A stretch of DNA of 64,000 nt from a plasmid, in sequence record NZ_CP019209.1. One strand, 5' to 3'. A program made the position numbers and the translations under genes. How positions within the stretch are numbered: position 1 is the stretch's first letter; every line of letters begins with the position of its first letter. Below the pieces are notes generated by a model that did not search any database, was not told the origin of the DNA, and was given only the letters and a program-made list of their open reading frames with translations. Positions 1 to 12,014 of the stretch are shown piece after piece.

Positions 1-677
1 CGTACCTCATAATCTGGGAAGAAGGAGCCTTCTGATTTAAAGCCAACAAAAGGAATCTCGATATGTTCCATCAAACTTGAATGACGATTAGCAGTAAGCA
101 AAATTGTCCCGATCTCAGCTTTATAACAGTTTTCAGCTGCGGTAATCAATTCCTTTGTTTCACCGTTTAGTGAAACAAAGATCACGATGTCATCTTTGGA
201 TAATTTTCTACTAATGTTTTTTATGATATTGGGATCAGTATGCATCTCACAATATTTACCGGTAAGTTGAAATTTGACCATCATTTCCTGAGCAATCAAT
301 TCTGAAAAACCTCGGGCAAAAATCATGATTCTTCTAGCAGCCTTGATTCGTTGAATAGCATCTTCAATATTCCCGCTTTCTACCATATTGATGGTGCGGA
401 TTACCTCTTGCTCATTTTTAAGAATAGCAGTCTTTATTCCTTCATCAACTTTATCAAGAGCGGCAAAATTGATATTTGTATTTTCTTTTTCTTTTAACGA
501 ATGTTTAAAAGACGTAAACCCCTCATATCCTTTTTTCTTCATAGTACGAACGACGGTTGCTGTTGAAACGTTGGCATATTCACTTAGTTTTACAATGGAA
601 TAGGAGGGGATTTCGAGTATGTGACTTTGAATAAAATCCCAGAGATATTTCTCCGATTCACTTAATTTTGTATCCAT
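1..677 (-). CDS. RpiR/MurR-family transcriptional regulator, partial (3' end runs off window start)
   Basis: Minus-strand ORF from ATG ~677 with GGAGG RBS. N-terminal HTH (SEYANVSTATVVRTMKK) plus SIS-domain residues. Divergent from the sugar operon. Confidence 0.75.
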   Translation of the reverse strand, partial: MDTKLSESEKYLWDFIQSHILEIPSYSIVKLSEYANVSTATVVRTMKKKGYEGFTSFKHSLKEKENTNINFAALDKVDEGIKTAILKNEQEVIRTINMVESGNIEDAIQRIKAARRIMIFARGFSELIAQEMMVKFQLTGKYCEMHTDPNIIKNISRKLSKDDIVIFVSLNGETKELITAAENCYKAEIGTILLTANRHSSLMEHIEIPFVGFKSEGSFFPDYEV

Positions 678-738
678 ATTTTGCCTCCGATTAGTTAGGA
701 TAATTCTATTGTAAAGCGGGAGTTTCCTTTACTTCAAG

Positions 739-1797
739 TTTATTTAATACCCGTGGTGCTAGTTAATTTTTTCCTAGAGGAAAATGTCTAAACATGTTGG
801 TAAATCAACAAAAAAAACGCATATAGTAGTCTCAAAACTCCCAAGAAATGAGGACTACATATGCATTCATCAAAATATACTGAACATTATACAGATACTT
901 TTATAACATTCAAGGAAATTACGAGAACTGTTTCTAACATATACCACAATTGTGTACCAGATAAAATTAAAAACCGAAGAAATACTGATCAACTGAAGCA
1001 ACGCGATACAGTGATTATTGCTTGTGTTATATGGGGCATAATTAATGGCTATACTAGCCAAAGAGCCACGTATAGAGCGGTTTGTTCCTTCTTATTTCCT
1101 AATGGTGACTTTCCTAGTAGGAGTCGATTCACTCGCTTAAGTTCAAACTTAGCTTACACTATCAAGATTATTCGATACTTTTTCATCAAGAAGCTCACCA
1201 AAGGTGAACTAGTCGGAATTATAGATAGTTTTCCTAGTCCATTATGTAAACCAGTTAGAAATAGACAAGCAAAACTATTGAATCAAATAACCAAAGTTGG
1301 CTATAACTCAACAAAAAAATCTTATTTTTATGGTCTTAAAATTCATATGATCGTTACTAAGACTGGCTTTCCGATTACTTACTCAATCACGAATCCAGGT
1401 GTCCATGACGTGAAAGTGTTAGAGACTTTATCGGAAGAAGCGAATCTTCCCAATATCCTAGGGAACAAAGGATATATTAGCCATAAAATCCATGAAAAGC
1501 TTGCCCTTATGGGCATTACTATATCCGTTCCGCCACGTAAAAACATGGATAAATCAGAAAAACTAGACCACAGCTTACTTGGAAAACAAAGAAAAACAGT
1601 TGAGACTGTTTTTTCTTCCTTAGAAAAATTAGGTTGTCAAAATTTCAACTCACGTTCTGTTAAAGGGCTAGAGAGTAGATTTGAAAGCATATTACTGGCT
1701 TACAGTGTTCTATTAAGTCGAGCACAACGACGTTTTGAAGGAACTTTGAGATATTCTTTAGGATATTAAAATTAACTAGCACCACGGGTTATTTAAT
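739..1797 (+). mobile_element. IS982-family-like insertion sequence (~1.06 kb)
   Basis: Imperfect terminal inverted repeats ...CCCGTGGTGCTAGTTAATTTT at 739-770 and 1768-1797 bracketing a single ~300-aa transposase ORF. Confidence 0.6.
861..1769 (+). CDS. DDE transposase (IS982-family-like)
   Basis: 302-aa single ORF filling the IR-bounded element. Size and architecture typical of the IS982 family. Confidence 0.55.
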   Translation: MHSSKYTEHYTDTFITFKEITRTVSNIYHNCVPDKIKNRRNTDQLKQRDTVIIACVIWGIINGYTSQRATYRAVCSFLFPNGDFPSRSRFTRLSSNLAYTIKIIRYFFIKKLTKGELVGIIDSFPSPLCKPVRNRQAKLLNQITKVGYNSTKKSYFYGLKIHMIVTKTGFPITYSITNPGVHDVKVLETLSEEANLPNILGNKGYISHKIHEKLALMGITISVPPRKNMDKSEKLDHSLLGKQRKTVETVFSSLEKLGCQNFNSRSVKGLESRFESILLAYSVLLSRAQRRFEGTLRYSLGY

Positions 1798-1893
1798 ATA
1801 TTTTGTAAAAGTTTTCAATGAATTTAGTCATTTATGAAAACATTTACATTCGATCTTGATACATAATGAATATGTAAGAAAGGAGGAGCGTAA

Positions 1894-2829
1894 ATGTCAG
1901 TTTATACATGTACTTTAAACTTGGCAATCGACCTTTTTATCGAAACAGATGAAATGAAACCATCCCAAGTCAATCGAACAAACGATTATGATATACAAGC
2001 TAATGGAAAAGGGGTGAATGTTTCATTGATCATGAAGCAATTAGGTATCGATAGTACAGCTTTAGGATTTAAAGCAGGTTTTACCGGGAATTATATTGAG
2101 GATTATTTGCATCAAAAAGATATTAGCACTGATTTTATTAGCGTACCGGGAATGACTAGAATCAACGTTTTTACACAAGTTAATAAAACCAATGAAGAAT
2201 TCAAATTGGTTAATAAAGGACCTGAGATTCCTCAGGAACAAATCAAAACTTTTCTAAATCAAATACAAAAGCTGCAAGCTGACGATTATTTGTGTGTTTC
2301 TGGCAGTTTGCCGCGAGGGGTCTCACCCGAAATTCTTATTAATATCAGTCGTATTTGTTTTGAAAATAAGGTCCATCTGATTATTGATTCAAGCTATCCG
2401 GAAATAATTGATTGTCTGCCGTATCAGCCGTTCTTATTAAAACCAAACGAGGAGGAATTGCAATCTTGGTATAATGTCGAGCTTAGTGATCGTGAAGGAT
2501 ATATTCATTATGCTGAACGCTTGATTGCCGATGGAGCGAAAAATGTTCTCCTTTCTCTAGGAGGAGAGGGAGGAATATTTTTAAATAAGGATATCGTTTA
2601 TTCTGGGAATTCTCCTAAAGGTAAAGTAGTCAATACAGCGTGTGCTGGTGACACTTTGTTGGGAACATTTCTTGCAGGATATTTAAAAGGTGAACAGGTA
2701 GATATTAATTTGAAGAAAAGTTTAGCAGCTGGAAGTTCAACCGCTTTTCGTAAAGGATTAACAGATTTTTCGGATGTTGCAGAGTTGGAAAAACAAATCG
2801 AAATCAAAGAGGGAGCGAGTAAAAAATGA
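1894..2829 (+). CDS. PfkB-family sugar-phosphate kinase (1-phosphofructokinase / tagatose-phosphate kinase type)
   Basis: 311 aa, PfkB ribokinase-like motifs (GG.G.N near N-terminus, DT.GAGD near C-terminus). First gene of a PTS/aldolase operon. Confidence 0.8.
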   Translation: MSVYTCTLNLAIDLFIETDEMKPSQVNRTNDYDIQANGKGVNVSLIMKQLGIDSTALGFKAGFTGNYIEDYLHQKDISTDFISVPGMTRINVFTQVNKTNEEFKLVNKGPEIPQEQIKTFLNQIQKLQADDYLCVSGSLPRGVSPEILINISRICFENKVHLIIDSSYPEIIDCLPYQPFLLKPNEEELQSWYNVELSDREGYIHYAERLIADGAKNVLLSLGGEGGIFLNKDIVYSGNSPKGKVVNTACAGDTLLGTFLAGYLKGEQVDINLKKSLAAGSSTAFRKGLTDFSDVAELEKQIEIKEGASKK

Positions 2830-4271
2830 CAACTTACAAAATTGTTGCCGCAACAGGATGTCCAACAGGAATTGCCCACACTTATATGGCTCAAGAAGCA
2901 TTGGAGCAGGCAGCTAAGCGCAAAGGGGTATCTATCAAAGTTGAAACCCATGGTCAAGTAGGGATAGAGAATGAATTAACACCAGAAGAAATAAAAAACG
3001 CTGACGCTGTAATCATTGCAGCTGACAAAGATGTTCAAGCAGAACGTTTCGCAGGTAAGCGTGTAATCGATGTGCCTGTCAGCAAGGGGATTAAAGATGC
3101 TGACCAATTGATCGAAGATGCGTTGGCTGGTAAAGGTTCAATCATTGCAGAAAACAAAACAGTTGACGCTGCTGGTGAGAAAGCGGAGATGGGGGTTGCA
3201 GCAGGCATTGGTCACAGTATTTATAAAAATCTCATGAACGGTGTTTCTCATATGCTGCCGTTTGTAGTGGCAGGTGGGGTAATTATTGCAATTTCGTTTG
3301 CCATCTGGGGTGTGTACTCTTTTGATCCCAATGATCCTACTTACAATCCGACTGCCGCTATGTTAAAGGGTGTTGGTGATGCGGCAATGGGAATGATGGT
3401 TCCTATTTTAGCAGCTTATATCGCTGAAGGAATCGCTAAACGTCCTGGTTTGGTTGTTGGGTTTGTTGGCGGACTGTTAGCCAATTCTGGCGGAGCCGGT
3501 TTCTTAGGCGGAATTTTTGCAGGTTTCTTAGCAGGCTACTTTATCTTACTATTGCAAAAGGTCATGAAAGGCTTGCCTAAACAATTGGATGGTCTGAAGG
3601 CGATCTTCTTATATCCGGTGATCGGTGTCTTGTTTGTTGGTGTAGTCATGTCTTTATTAGCAAATCCAATGGAAGCAGTCAACCAAGGAATGATGAATTT
3701 CTTGGCAGGATTCCAAAATTCTAATCCATTAATTTTAGGGATTATCGTTGGCTGTATGTCAGCATTTGATATGGGAGGTCCAGTCAATAAAGCGGCTTAT
3801 GTTACAGGGACTGCGTTGTTGGCACAAGGTAACCATACATTTATGGCAGGGGTTTCGGCAGCTTGTATCGCGCCCCCATTGATTACTGGATTTGCCGTAC
3901 TGTTTTTTGGAAAATATTTCGACACGAATGATCGCAACGCTGGTTTAGTCAACTTTATCTTGGGCTCAACGCACATTACCGAAGGAGCAATTCCATTTGC
4001 GGCTAAAGATCCGCTGCGTGTTCTGCCAACTATGATGCTAGGTTCATCAATTGCTGCTGTACTGACATATATGTTTGGTGTCCAAGTTCCCGCACCTCAT
4101 GGAGGTTTTCTAGTATTACCTGTTGTTACTGGTAAGGTTGCATGGGTAGGGTCGATTTTACTTGGTTCAATCGTTGGCGGAGTAATTTTAGGGTTGATCC
4201 AAAAACGTAGTGTAGAAAAACGTGAAGCAGAAGCAGCTACTGTTGAAATGAAAGAAGAAACCAACAACTAA
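2826..4271 (+). CDS. PTS fructose-family EIIB-EIIC component
   Basis: 481 aa. N-terminal IIB-Fru motif (ATGCPTGIAHTYMA) followed by a multi-TM IIC domain. 4-bp overlap with upstream kinase. Confidence 0.85.
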   Translation: MTTYKIVAATGCPTGIAHTYMAQEALEQAAKRKGVSIKVETHGQVGIENELTPEEIKNADAVIIAADKDVQAERFAGKRVIDVPVSKGIKDADQLIEDALAGKGSIIAENKTVDAAGEKAEMGVAAGIGHSIYKNLMNGVSHMLPFVVAGGVIIAISFAIWGVYSFDPNDPTYNPTAAMLKGVGDAAMGMMVPILAAYIAEGIAKRPGLVVGFVGGLLANSGGAGFLGGIFAGFLAGYFILLLQKVMKGLPKQLDGLKAIFLYPVIGVLFVGVVMSLLANPMEAVNQGMMNFLAGFQNSNPLILGIIVGCMSAFDMGGPVNKAAYVTGTALLAQGNHTFMAGVSAACIAPPLITGFAVLFFGKYFDTNDRNAGLVNFILGSTHITEGAIPFAAKDPLRVLPTMMLGSSIAAVLTYMFGVQVPAPHGGFLVLPVVTGKVAWVGSILLGSIVGGVILGLIQKRSVEKREAEAATVEMKEETNN

Positions 4272-4298
4272 AGGTTATTCTAGAAAGAAGGATTTCAA

Positions 4299-4754
4299 AT
4301 GACTTTGATCAAAACAAATAAAGTTTTTATGAATAAAAATTTTACGACGCAAGATGAGGTAATGAACTTCCTTGCAGATCAGTCAATTGTCTTGAGCATT
4401 AGTGAAGACCGAGATGCAGTTTACGAAAAATTGATGGAAAGAGAAGAAGAAAGCACGACTGGTATGATGGATGGTTTTGCCATCCCTCATGCCAAAGATG
4501 CTAGTATCAAGGATGCCGATATTGTGATTGTTCGGTTAAACGGTAAGGTCGATTGGAAAAGTTTAGATGGAGAAGGAACGGATTTTGTAATCGCTCTGTT
4601 TATTCCAGATTCAGAGGCTGGAACAACCCATCTAAAATTTTTATCTCAGGTAGCCAGACTTTTGATGCACAAAGATGTGACAGAAGGTCTGAAACAAGCC
4701 CAGTCTGCTGAAGAAATAGCTGAACTTTTAAACCAAAAATTAGAAGAAAACTAA
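4299..4754 (+). CDS. PTS EIIA component (fructose/mannitol EIIA-2 type)
   Basis: 151 aa, conserved phosphorylatable His region (FAIPHAKD). Confidence 0.8.
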   Translation: MTLIKTNKVFMNKNFTTQDEVMNFLADQSIVLSISEDRDAVYEKLMEREEESTTGMMDGFAIPHAKDASIKDADIVIVRLNGKVDWKSLDGEGTDFVIALFIPDSEAGTTHLKFLSQVARLLMHKDVTEGLKQAQSAEEIAELLNQKLEEN

Positions 4755-4772
4755 AAAGGAAGTAGTGAAATC

Positions 4773-5747
4773 ATGCCTTTAACAGAAAAAAAGAAAACTT
4801 ATATTCGTCAACTAAGTAATGAAAGTGGCATCATCAGTGCGTTAGCAATCGATCAACGTGGTGCCTTGAAAAAAATGATCGGTAAATTTCAAAATCAATC
4901 AGCAACCGATGAACAAATCATCAATTTCAAAAAAATCATTTCTTCTGAATTGACTCCATATGCTTCAGCAATCTTATTAGATCCAGAATATGGGTTGCCG
5001 GCAGCCGAAGTTCGCGATAAAAATGCTGGTCTGTTGTTGGCCTATGAAAAAACTGGTTACGATGCTTCAACTCCAGGACGTTTACCGGATATTTTATCTA
5101 TTTGGTCTGTAAAACGTCTAAAGGAGCAAGGGGCCGATGCTTGTAAGTTCTTGTTATACTACGATGTAGATGAATCTGATGATATCAATGACCAAAAGAA
5201 GGCGTTTATGGAGCGGATTGGTTCTGAATGTGTTGCTGAAGATTTGCCATTTTTCTTAGAATTGGTTTCTTATGATGCCAACGATCCTGATACTTCTTCG
5301 AAGGAATATGCCTTGAAAAAACCGCATAAAGTAAATGAAATGATGAAGGAATTTTCTAAGCCTCGCTATGGAGTTGACGTTTTGAAAGTGGAAGTTCCTG
5401 TTAATATGAACTATGTGGATGGTTACACTAAAAATGAAGTTGCTTATACCAAAGAAGAAGCTGCTGCTTATTTCAAAGAACAATCCGAGACTACCAACCT
5501 GCCATTTATTTTCTTGAGCGCAGGAGTAACTGCTGAATTGTTCCAAGAAACCTTGAAATTTGCAAAAGAGGCTGGCTCTACATTCAATGGGGTACTCTGT
5601 GGGCGCGCAACTTGGGCGAATGGTGTAGAACCATTCGTTACTAAAGGTGAATATGCTGCCAAAGAATGGATGCAGACACAAGGACGCAAGAACATCGAAG
5701 AGCTGAATAATGTTTTGAAAGAAACAGCAACAGCTATTAAATTGTAA
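4773..5747 (+). CDS. lacD: tagatose-1,6-bisphosphate aldolase, LacD family (class I)
   Basis: 324 aa. LacD signature [17 protein letters not shown]. Paralogue of 41330..42325. Confidence 0.8.
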   Translation: MPLTEKKKTYIRQLSNESGIISALAIDQRGALKKMIGKFQNQSATDEQIINFKKIISSELTPYASAILLDPEYGLPAAEVRDKNAGLLLAYEKTGYDASTPGRLPDILSIWSVKRLKEQGADACKFLLYYDVDESDDINDQKKAFMERIGSECVAEDLPFFLELVSYDANDPDTSSKEYALKKPHKVNEMMKEFSKPRYGVDVLKVEVPVNMNYVDGYTKNEVAYTKEEAAAYFKEQSETTNLPFIFLSAGVTAELFQETLKFAKEAGSTFNGVLCGRATWANGVEPFVTKGEYAAKEWMQTQGRKNIEELNNVLKETATAIKL

Positions 5748-5823
5748 GAAAGCTTTAACTATAACCTTAAGTTTGTAACCTAATGATTTTTAATAATCAA
5801 TTTGAGCTTTTAAATAAAGAATT

Positions 5824-5849
5824 GGAAGCGTCCCGACGCTTCCTTTTTC
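5824..5849 (+). terminator. rho-independent terminator of kinase-PTS-aldolase operon
   Basis: GGAAGCGTC-CC-GACGCTTCC hairpin followed by TTTTT. Confidence 0.7.
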
Positions 5850-5856
5850 GTTTGTC

Positions 5857-6348
5857 TTAAGGCATGATAGGTTCTATGTTGTCGTTCAATAAGCGCAAGA
5901 AGGTCAGCATTTTTTTCTTAGAGTATGCAAAATTGCTTTCTACCCAATGATTTAAAACGGAGAGGCACCCTTGGATATGGTAAATGGTGAAGTAACGCAT
6001 TTCTTCTGTGATCACGGTTTTTTTGTCTTCTTGTAGCCAGATTTTTAAATAATTTTCTTCGATCAGATTATTTAATCTCTTTTGGAATTGGATATCTCCG
6101 TGGTTGATAACGAATAACTTGTACACGAACGTATTTGTATAGACATAGTCGATCAAATGAGCGTATAGATCCTCGTAGCTGTGTGTCGTGTCATAGGAAA
6201 TGATTTCATCCAAGTCTTAGAAAAAGCTATTTTCTAGCTTTTCATAAAGATCATAGATATCCGTATAATGTTTATAAAATGTCGAACGGTGAAGATCAGC
6301 AGTTTCGGTCAGTTCACGGATAGTGATGTTTTGAATTTTTCGCGAATT
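5857..6348 (-). pseudogene. TetR/AcrR-family regulator remnant (5'-truncated, internal in-frame TAA)
   Basis: HTH segment ITIRELTETADLHRSTFYKHY then TAA at 6214-6216 in frame with the C-terminal ligand domain ORF 5857..6213. No start codon; in-frame stop upstream. Confidence 0.6.
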
Positions 6349-6447
6349 GTAAAATTAAGTTAGAAAAATAAAAAGGCATTTATGGTACACTCAAATTGTA
6401 TTTCCGACGAAAGAAAACAAAGGAGTGTAACCATAAATGACCTACAA

Positions 6448-7261
6448 GGTTCTGTTGCAAAGTTTTAAATAAAGAATAAAATCCCTTACGGTATCTATGA
6501 TTTAAGCTGGGATTCCCAATAATACCTTGATTTCAGTACAGACCGAAAACCCGAAGAGAGTGCCTTCTTTTCGGGTTTTCTTATATAATCCTCGAATGGC
6601 TTCCATGCCTTTAATCGTGGTAGAGCCAGTGCGTAAACTTCGATAGAATTTATTGCGTCTCTTTACTGGACGATGGTCTTGTTCAATCAAATTATTCAGG
6701 TATTTAATGGTACGATGTTCTGTCCCTTGATAAAAGCCGCCGTATTCTTTTAGTTTCTTAAAGGCACTTGTAATAGAGGGGGCTTTATCTGTGACTACAA
6801 CCTTCGGTTCATCAAACTGCTTCACTAACCGCTTAAGAAAAGCATAGGCTGCTTGTGTGTCCCGTTTTTTACGTAACCAAATATCCAAGGTTAAACCATC
6901 TGCATCGATGGCTCGATACAAATAATGCCATTTTCCTTTAATTTTGATGTACGTTTCATCCATTTTCCATGAATAAAAGGATTTTTTATTTTTCTTTTTC
7001 CAAATTTGATAGAGTAGTTTGCCATATTCTTGCACCCAACGATAAATCGTCGTATGAGAAACGTTAATGCCACGATCATATAAGATTTCTTGAACTTCAC
7101 GATAGCTAAGGTTATAACGAAGATAGTAGCCCACGGCTACAATAATCACATCCTGCTGAAATTGCTTTCCTTTAAAATGATTCATCGTCATTCCTCCTGC
7201 TATCTTTTTCTATTATTCTACCTTATTTGATAGTAGATTTAAAACTTTGCAACAGAACCAT
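6448..7261 (-). mobile_element. IS1216 (IS6 family), full copy
   Basis: Terminal IRs GGTTCTGTTGCAAAGTTTT at 6448-6466 and its reverse complement at 7243-7261. ~814 bp. Confidence 0.9.
6502..7191 (-). CDS. IS1216 transposase
   Basis: 229 aa MTMNHFKGKQFQQDVIIVAVGYY..., typical IS6-family transposase. Confidence 0.9.
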   Translation of the reverse strand: MTMNHFKGKQFQQDVIIVAVGYYLRYNLSYREVQEILYDRGINVSHTTIYRWVQEYGKLLYQIWKKKNKKSFYSWKMDETYIKIKGKWHYLYRAIDADGLTLDIWLRKKRDTQAAYAFLKRLVKQFDEPKVVVTDKAPSITSAFKKLKEYGGFYQGTEHRTIKYLNNLIEQDHRPVKRRNKFYRSLRTGSTTIKGMEAIRGLYKKTRKEGTLFGFSVCTEIKVLLGIPA

Positions 7262-7522
7262 TTAGCGGCTAAATTAGTAAAATTTTTAAAAAATAAGAAT
7301 AAACGAGTGATGGAACAATTATCGATTATTGGATTTGATGATATTACTTTTGCAGAATTAATGGATCCTGCGTTGACAACAATACGACTAAATCCAGGTA
7401 ACAAGGGGGCGATTGCTTTTCACCAACTGATTGGACTGGCCAAACAAGAAGAAATAAAAAATCAAGTACTACTATTAGAGGGAGAATTGATTTCTCGAGA
7501 CTCTGTTCACAAAATCAAATAA
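7262..7522 (+). pseudogene. LacI-family regulator C-terminal fragment abutting IS1216
   Basis: IGFDDITFAELMDPALTTIR motif typical of LacI-family C-termini; begins directly at the IS1216 IR. Confidence 0.6.
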
Positions 7523-7736
7523 AAAAGCTCTGTGAAATAAGTATAGTTAACAATAAAATATCCGAACGATAGAGAGAATGAACTGTGATCTAGCAGTTCC
7601 TCGTCGGAAATTCACTAGAATTAGCATTATTTACTCTAAATTGTTCGGATATTTTTTCTTGTTTTTAATTATGATTACAGTGCCTATTTTTAACGAAATT
7701 TGCTTATTTTCAAAATGTATGATTATATTTTAGTAA

Positions 7737-8792
<1,056 letters not shown>

Positions 8793-8796
8793 AAAA

Positions 8797-8829
8797 GTAA
8801 ACATCCAAAAAAGGATGTTTACTTTTTTG
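8797..8829 (+). terminator. rho-independent terminator
   Basis: GTAAACATCC-AAAAAA-GGATGTTTAC followed by TTTTTT. Confidence 0.75.
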
Positions 8830-8898
8830 TTTACTAATATTTTTAGTAAAAAATCTCGACAAAACATTAAGTAAACAGTTATGGTGTTGTTAACAAAA

Positions 8899-8912
8899 AG
8901 AAAACGCATTCA
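8899..8912 (+). promoter_or_regulatory. cre-like / LacI-family operator AGAAAACGCATTCA in promoter of operon 1
   Basis: One mismatch to the WTGNAANCGNWNNCW cre consensus. The same 14-mer recurs upstream of operon 2. Confidence 0.45.
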
Positions 8913-8929
8913 AAACAGGAGGAATTAAG

Positions 8930-10195
8930 ATGAAACATTTCAAAAAAATAGCTTTAACAGGGATAGCTGTTTTAACTGGGACATTACTCGCAGCATGTGG
9001 TGGGGGAGATAGTAATTCTAAAGACGGGCAAGTAACTTTAAGCTATGCGAGTTGAGATACTGACCAAGCTCCAGGACTAAGAAAAATATTAGATGAATTT
9101 GAAAAACAAAATCCTGATATCAAAGTAGAAATGGAGACAACGCCTTGGGATCAATATTGGGTTAAATTAGAAGCTGCAACAACGGGAGGTAATATGCCAG
9201 ATGTAGTAACCATGCACTCTAGCGAATCCTATAAATATATGTCACAGAATGCTTTGATGGGACTTGATGATGTTATCAAAGAAAATGATATTGACATGGG
9301 AAACTTTACTGAAGGAATTGCTGATTTCTATACGCTTGAAGACGAACTATACGCAATCCCTAAAGATGCTTCTGTAGTGGGGCTATGGTACAACAAAGAA
9401 TTATTTGATAATGCAGGTGTCGATTATCCAGATGAAACATGGACATGGGAAACACTCAGACAAGCTGCAATTGATTTAACAGATGAATCAAAAGGCATCT
9501 ATGGTTTTGCATCACATATTGGAACAGAGACTGGCTACTGGCCATTTATTTATCAAAATGGGGGAGAAGTATTTGCCGATGACAATACAAAATCAGGTTT
9601 GAATACCCCAGAAGCACAAGAAGCTTTAGCTTTTTATCGAGATATTGCACTTGTTGATCATGCTTCACCAACAATTACAGAATTACAAGATCCTGATAAG
9701 TTAAGTCGTTTTCAATCAGGTAGATTAGCAATGATGATTGAAGGAAACTGGTTTGCACCGGGATTTTTGAAAAATGACTATCTAGTTGAAAATGTTGCTT
9801 CTGCCGTGTTACCTAAGGGAAAAGTTAATGCAACAATTACAAATGGACTTGGTTGGGCTGCCAGTGCGAATACAAAATACCCAGAAGAAGTGAAAAAACT
9901 AATGGCATTTTTAGCTAGTGAGGACGCCAATAAAATCCAAGCGGAAACGGGGGCATCAATCCCAGCACTAAAAGGCTTTGAAGACGAGTGGGCTGCTTCT
10001 TCAGATACAATTGATTTGAGTGCTTTTGGAAAAATGTTGGAGTATGGAGTCCCTCGTCCATACAATAAAGATGGATTACGAGCTGAACAAGCAGAAGTTC
10101 AAATTATTAACCGTATTCTGTCTGGTGAAGTAACTGTTGAAGATGGAACCGCTCAAATTGAAAAAGAAGTCAATGCGATATTGAGCGGAAATTAA
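8930..10195 (+). pseudogene. sugar ABC transporter substrate-binding lipoprotein (MsmE-like) with in-frame TGA at 9053-9055
   Basis: ATG 8930, lipobox LAAC, then SYAS-TGA-DTDQ where W is expected (TGG to TGA). Remainder is the intact ORF 9131..10195. Confidence 0.7.
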
Positions 10196-10253
10196 ATTAG
10201 TTAATTATACAATATACAGGCGAAAGGATTCTATTTCGTCTGTATATTAATGG

Positions 10254-11174
10254 ATGAATACCAAAAAGGGGGATATTATGAAAAATCGAATTTTTGGAAA
10301 ATATCGTAAAGATCAAGTGATATGGGGCTATATTTTTATTTTTCCAACGGCATTAGGATTAATTTTATTAAATATATGGCCAGCAATTCAAACAGCAATT
10401 TTAAGTTTTCAAAAAACGGTAGGGTTCGGTGATACTGAATGGGTCGGATTAAGAAATTACCAAAAAATGTTTGCAGACGGTGAAGTTTTTCAGTCTTTAT
10501 TAAACACATTAATTTATGCAGTGGTTTCGATACCTAGTATTGTTGTATTATCCTTGTTGGTGGCAGTTTTAATGAATAGAAAAGTTAAAGGATTGTCGAT
10601 TTATCGGACAATTTATTTTCTACCAGTCGTTGCTGCACCATCCGCAGTCGCAATGATTTGGCGCTGGATGTTCAATAATGATTATGGACTGATTAATAAC
10701 ATGTTGGCTAAAATAGGTCTCGATGGACCAGCATGGTTAACGGATCCATCGATTGCGATTTATTCTATTATCATTGTAGGAGTTTGGAGTGCTATTGGTT
10801 ATAACATGGTGTTATTACTAGCCGGCTTATAAGAAATTCCTAAAGATTATTATGAAGCATCGGAAATTGATGGTGCTAGTCCAATCCAGCAGTTTTTCAA
10901 CATTACGTTACCATTAGTTACACCAACATTATTTTTTGTAGTTGTAACAACAGTTATCAATGCTTTCCAAGTATTTGATGTTATTTTTATGATGATTACT
11001 CCTAATAGTACCGCCATGTTTAAATCACAATCATTAGCCTATTTATTCTATAAACATTCATTTATTTTAAATGACAAGGGATATGGTTCGGCAATCGTTA
11101 TGTTCCTTTTAGTGATTATATTAATTATTACTGCAATTCAAATGAAGTTGCAGAAAAAGTGGGTAAACTATTAA
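10254..11174 (+). pseudogene. ABC sugar permease (MalF/MsmF-like) with in-frame TAA at 10830-10832
   Basis: LLAGL-TAA-EIPKDYYEASEIDGAS: stop replaces the conserved Q of the EAA loop (CAA to TAA). Downstream ORF 10989..11174 is in the same frame. Confidence 0.7.
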
Positions 11175-11189
11175 GGAGGCTATCAAATT

Positions 11190-12014
11190 ATGAAAAATAA
11201 ATTTTTTTCAAATGCGCCAATCCATATCATGCTTATTTTAGGTGGTATTGCAATGGCATTACCTTTTATTTGGATGATTTTAACTTCAGGGAAAACGTTG
11301 GTTGAATCTACCCAAATTCCACCTACAATTTTCCCTGAGAAATTTCAGCTAAGTAACTATCAACAAGTACTTGATTTATTACCATTCATGGCTTTTTATA
11401 TCAATATATTTTTAATGGTTGTTGGACGAGTGATTGGCTCGGTTTTATTTTCAGCAATGGCTGCATATGCTTGTGCGCGTCTAAGTTTTCCAGGGAAAAA
11501 TATCCTTTTCAGCTTAGTACTTATTCAAATGATGATTCCCGGTTCCATTTTTATTACTCCACAGTATTTATTAGCACAAAAATTGGGTATTTTAAATACA
11601 ATTCCAGCATTAATATTACCAGGGGTAGTTAGTGCGTTTGGTACGTTTTTATTAAGACAATTTTTCTTAGGTTTGCCTGATGAATTGGAGGAAGCGGCCT
11701 ATTTAGAAGGTGCCAATATTTGGACGATCTTTTTCAAAATTATGTTGCCGCTTGCTAAATCAGGATTGGTTGCACTTGGAATATTCACAGCGTTGTTTGC
11801 ATTTAAAGATTTAATGTGGCCATTGATTGTCAATACTTCAATTGATAAGATGCCTTTAGCTCCGGGATTAGCAAACTTACAAGGACAATATGCCACGAAC
11901 TTCCCACAATTAATGGCAGGTTCGTTATTAGCAATTTGGCCAATAGTTGTGATATTCATCGTTTTCCAAAGAAAATTCATTGAAGGAATTGCTACAACAG
12001 GTGGTAAATTATAA
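11190..12014 (+). CDS. ABC sugar permease (MalG/MsmG-like)
   Basis: 274 aa, six TM segments, EAA loop LEEAAYLEGAN. Confidence 0.8.
   Translation: MKNKFFSNAPIHIMLILGGIAMALPFIWMILTSGKTLVESTQIPPTIFPEKFQLSNYQQVLDLLPFMAFYINIFLMVVGRVIGSVLFSAMAAYACARLSFPGKNILFSLVLIQMMIPGSIFITPQYLLAQKLGILNTIPALILPGVVSAFGTFLLRQFFLGLPDELEEAAYLEGANIWTIFFKIMLPLAKSGLVALGIFTALFAFKDLMWPLIVNTSIDKMPLAPGLANLQGQYATNFPQLMAGSLLAIWPIVVIFIVFQRKFIEGIATTGGKL

Noticed and set aside
9053-9055. In-frame TGA in the SBP gene as possible selenocysteine or programmed readthrough
   Set aside because: No SECIS-like hairpin follows, W is the expected residue, and other genes nearby carry TAA/TAG stops too. Nonsense mutation or base-call error is simpler
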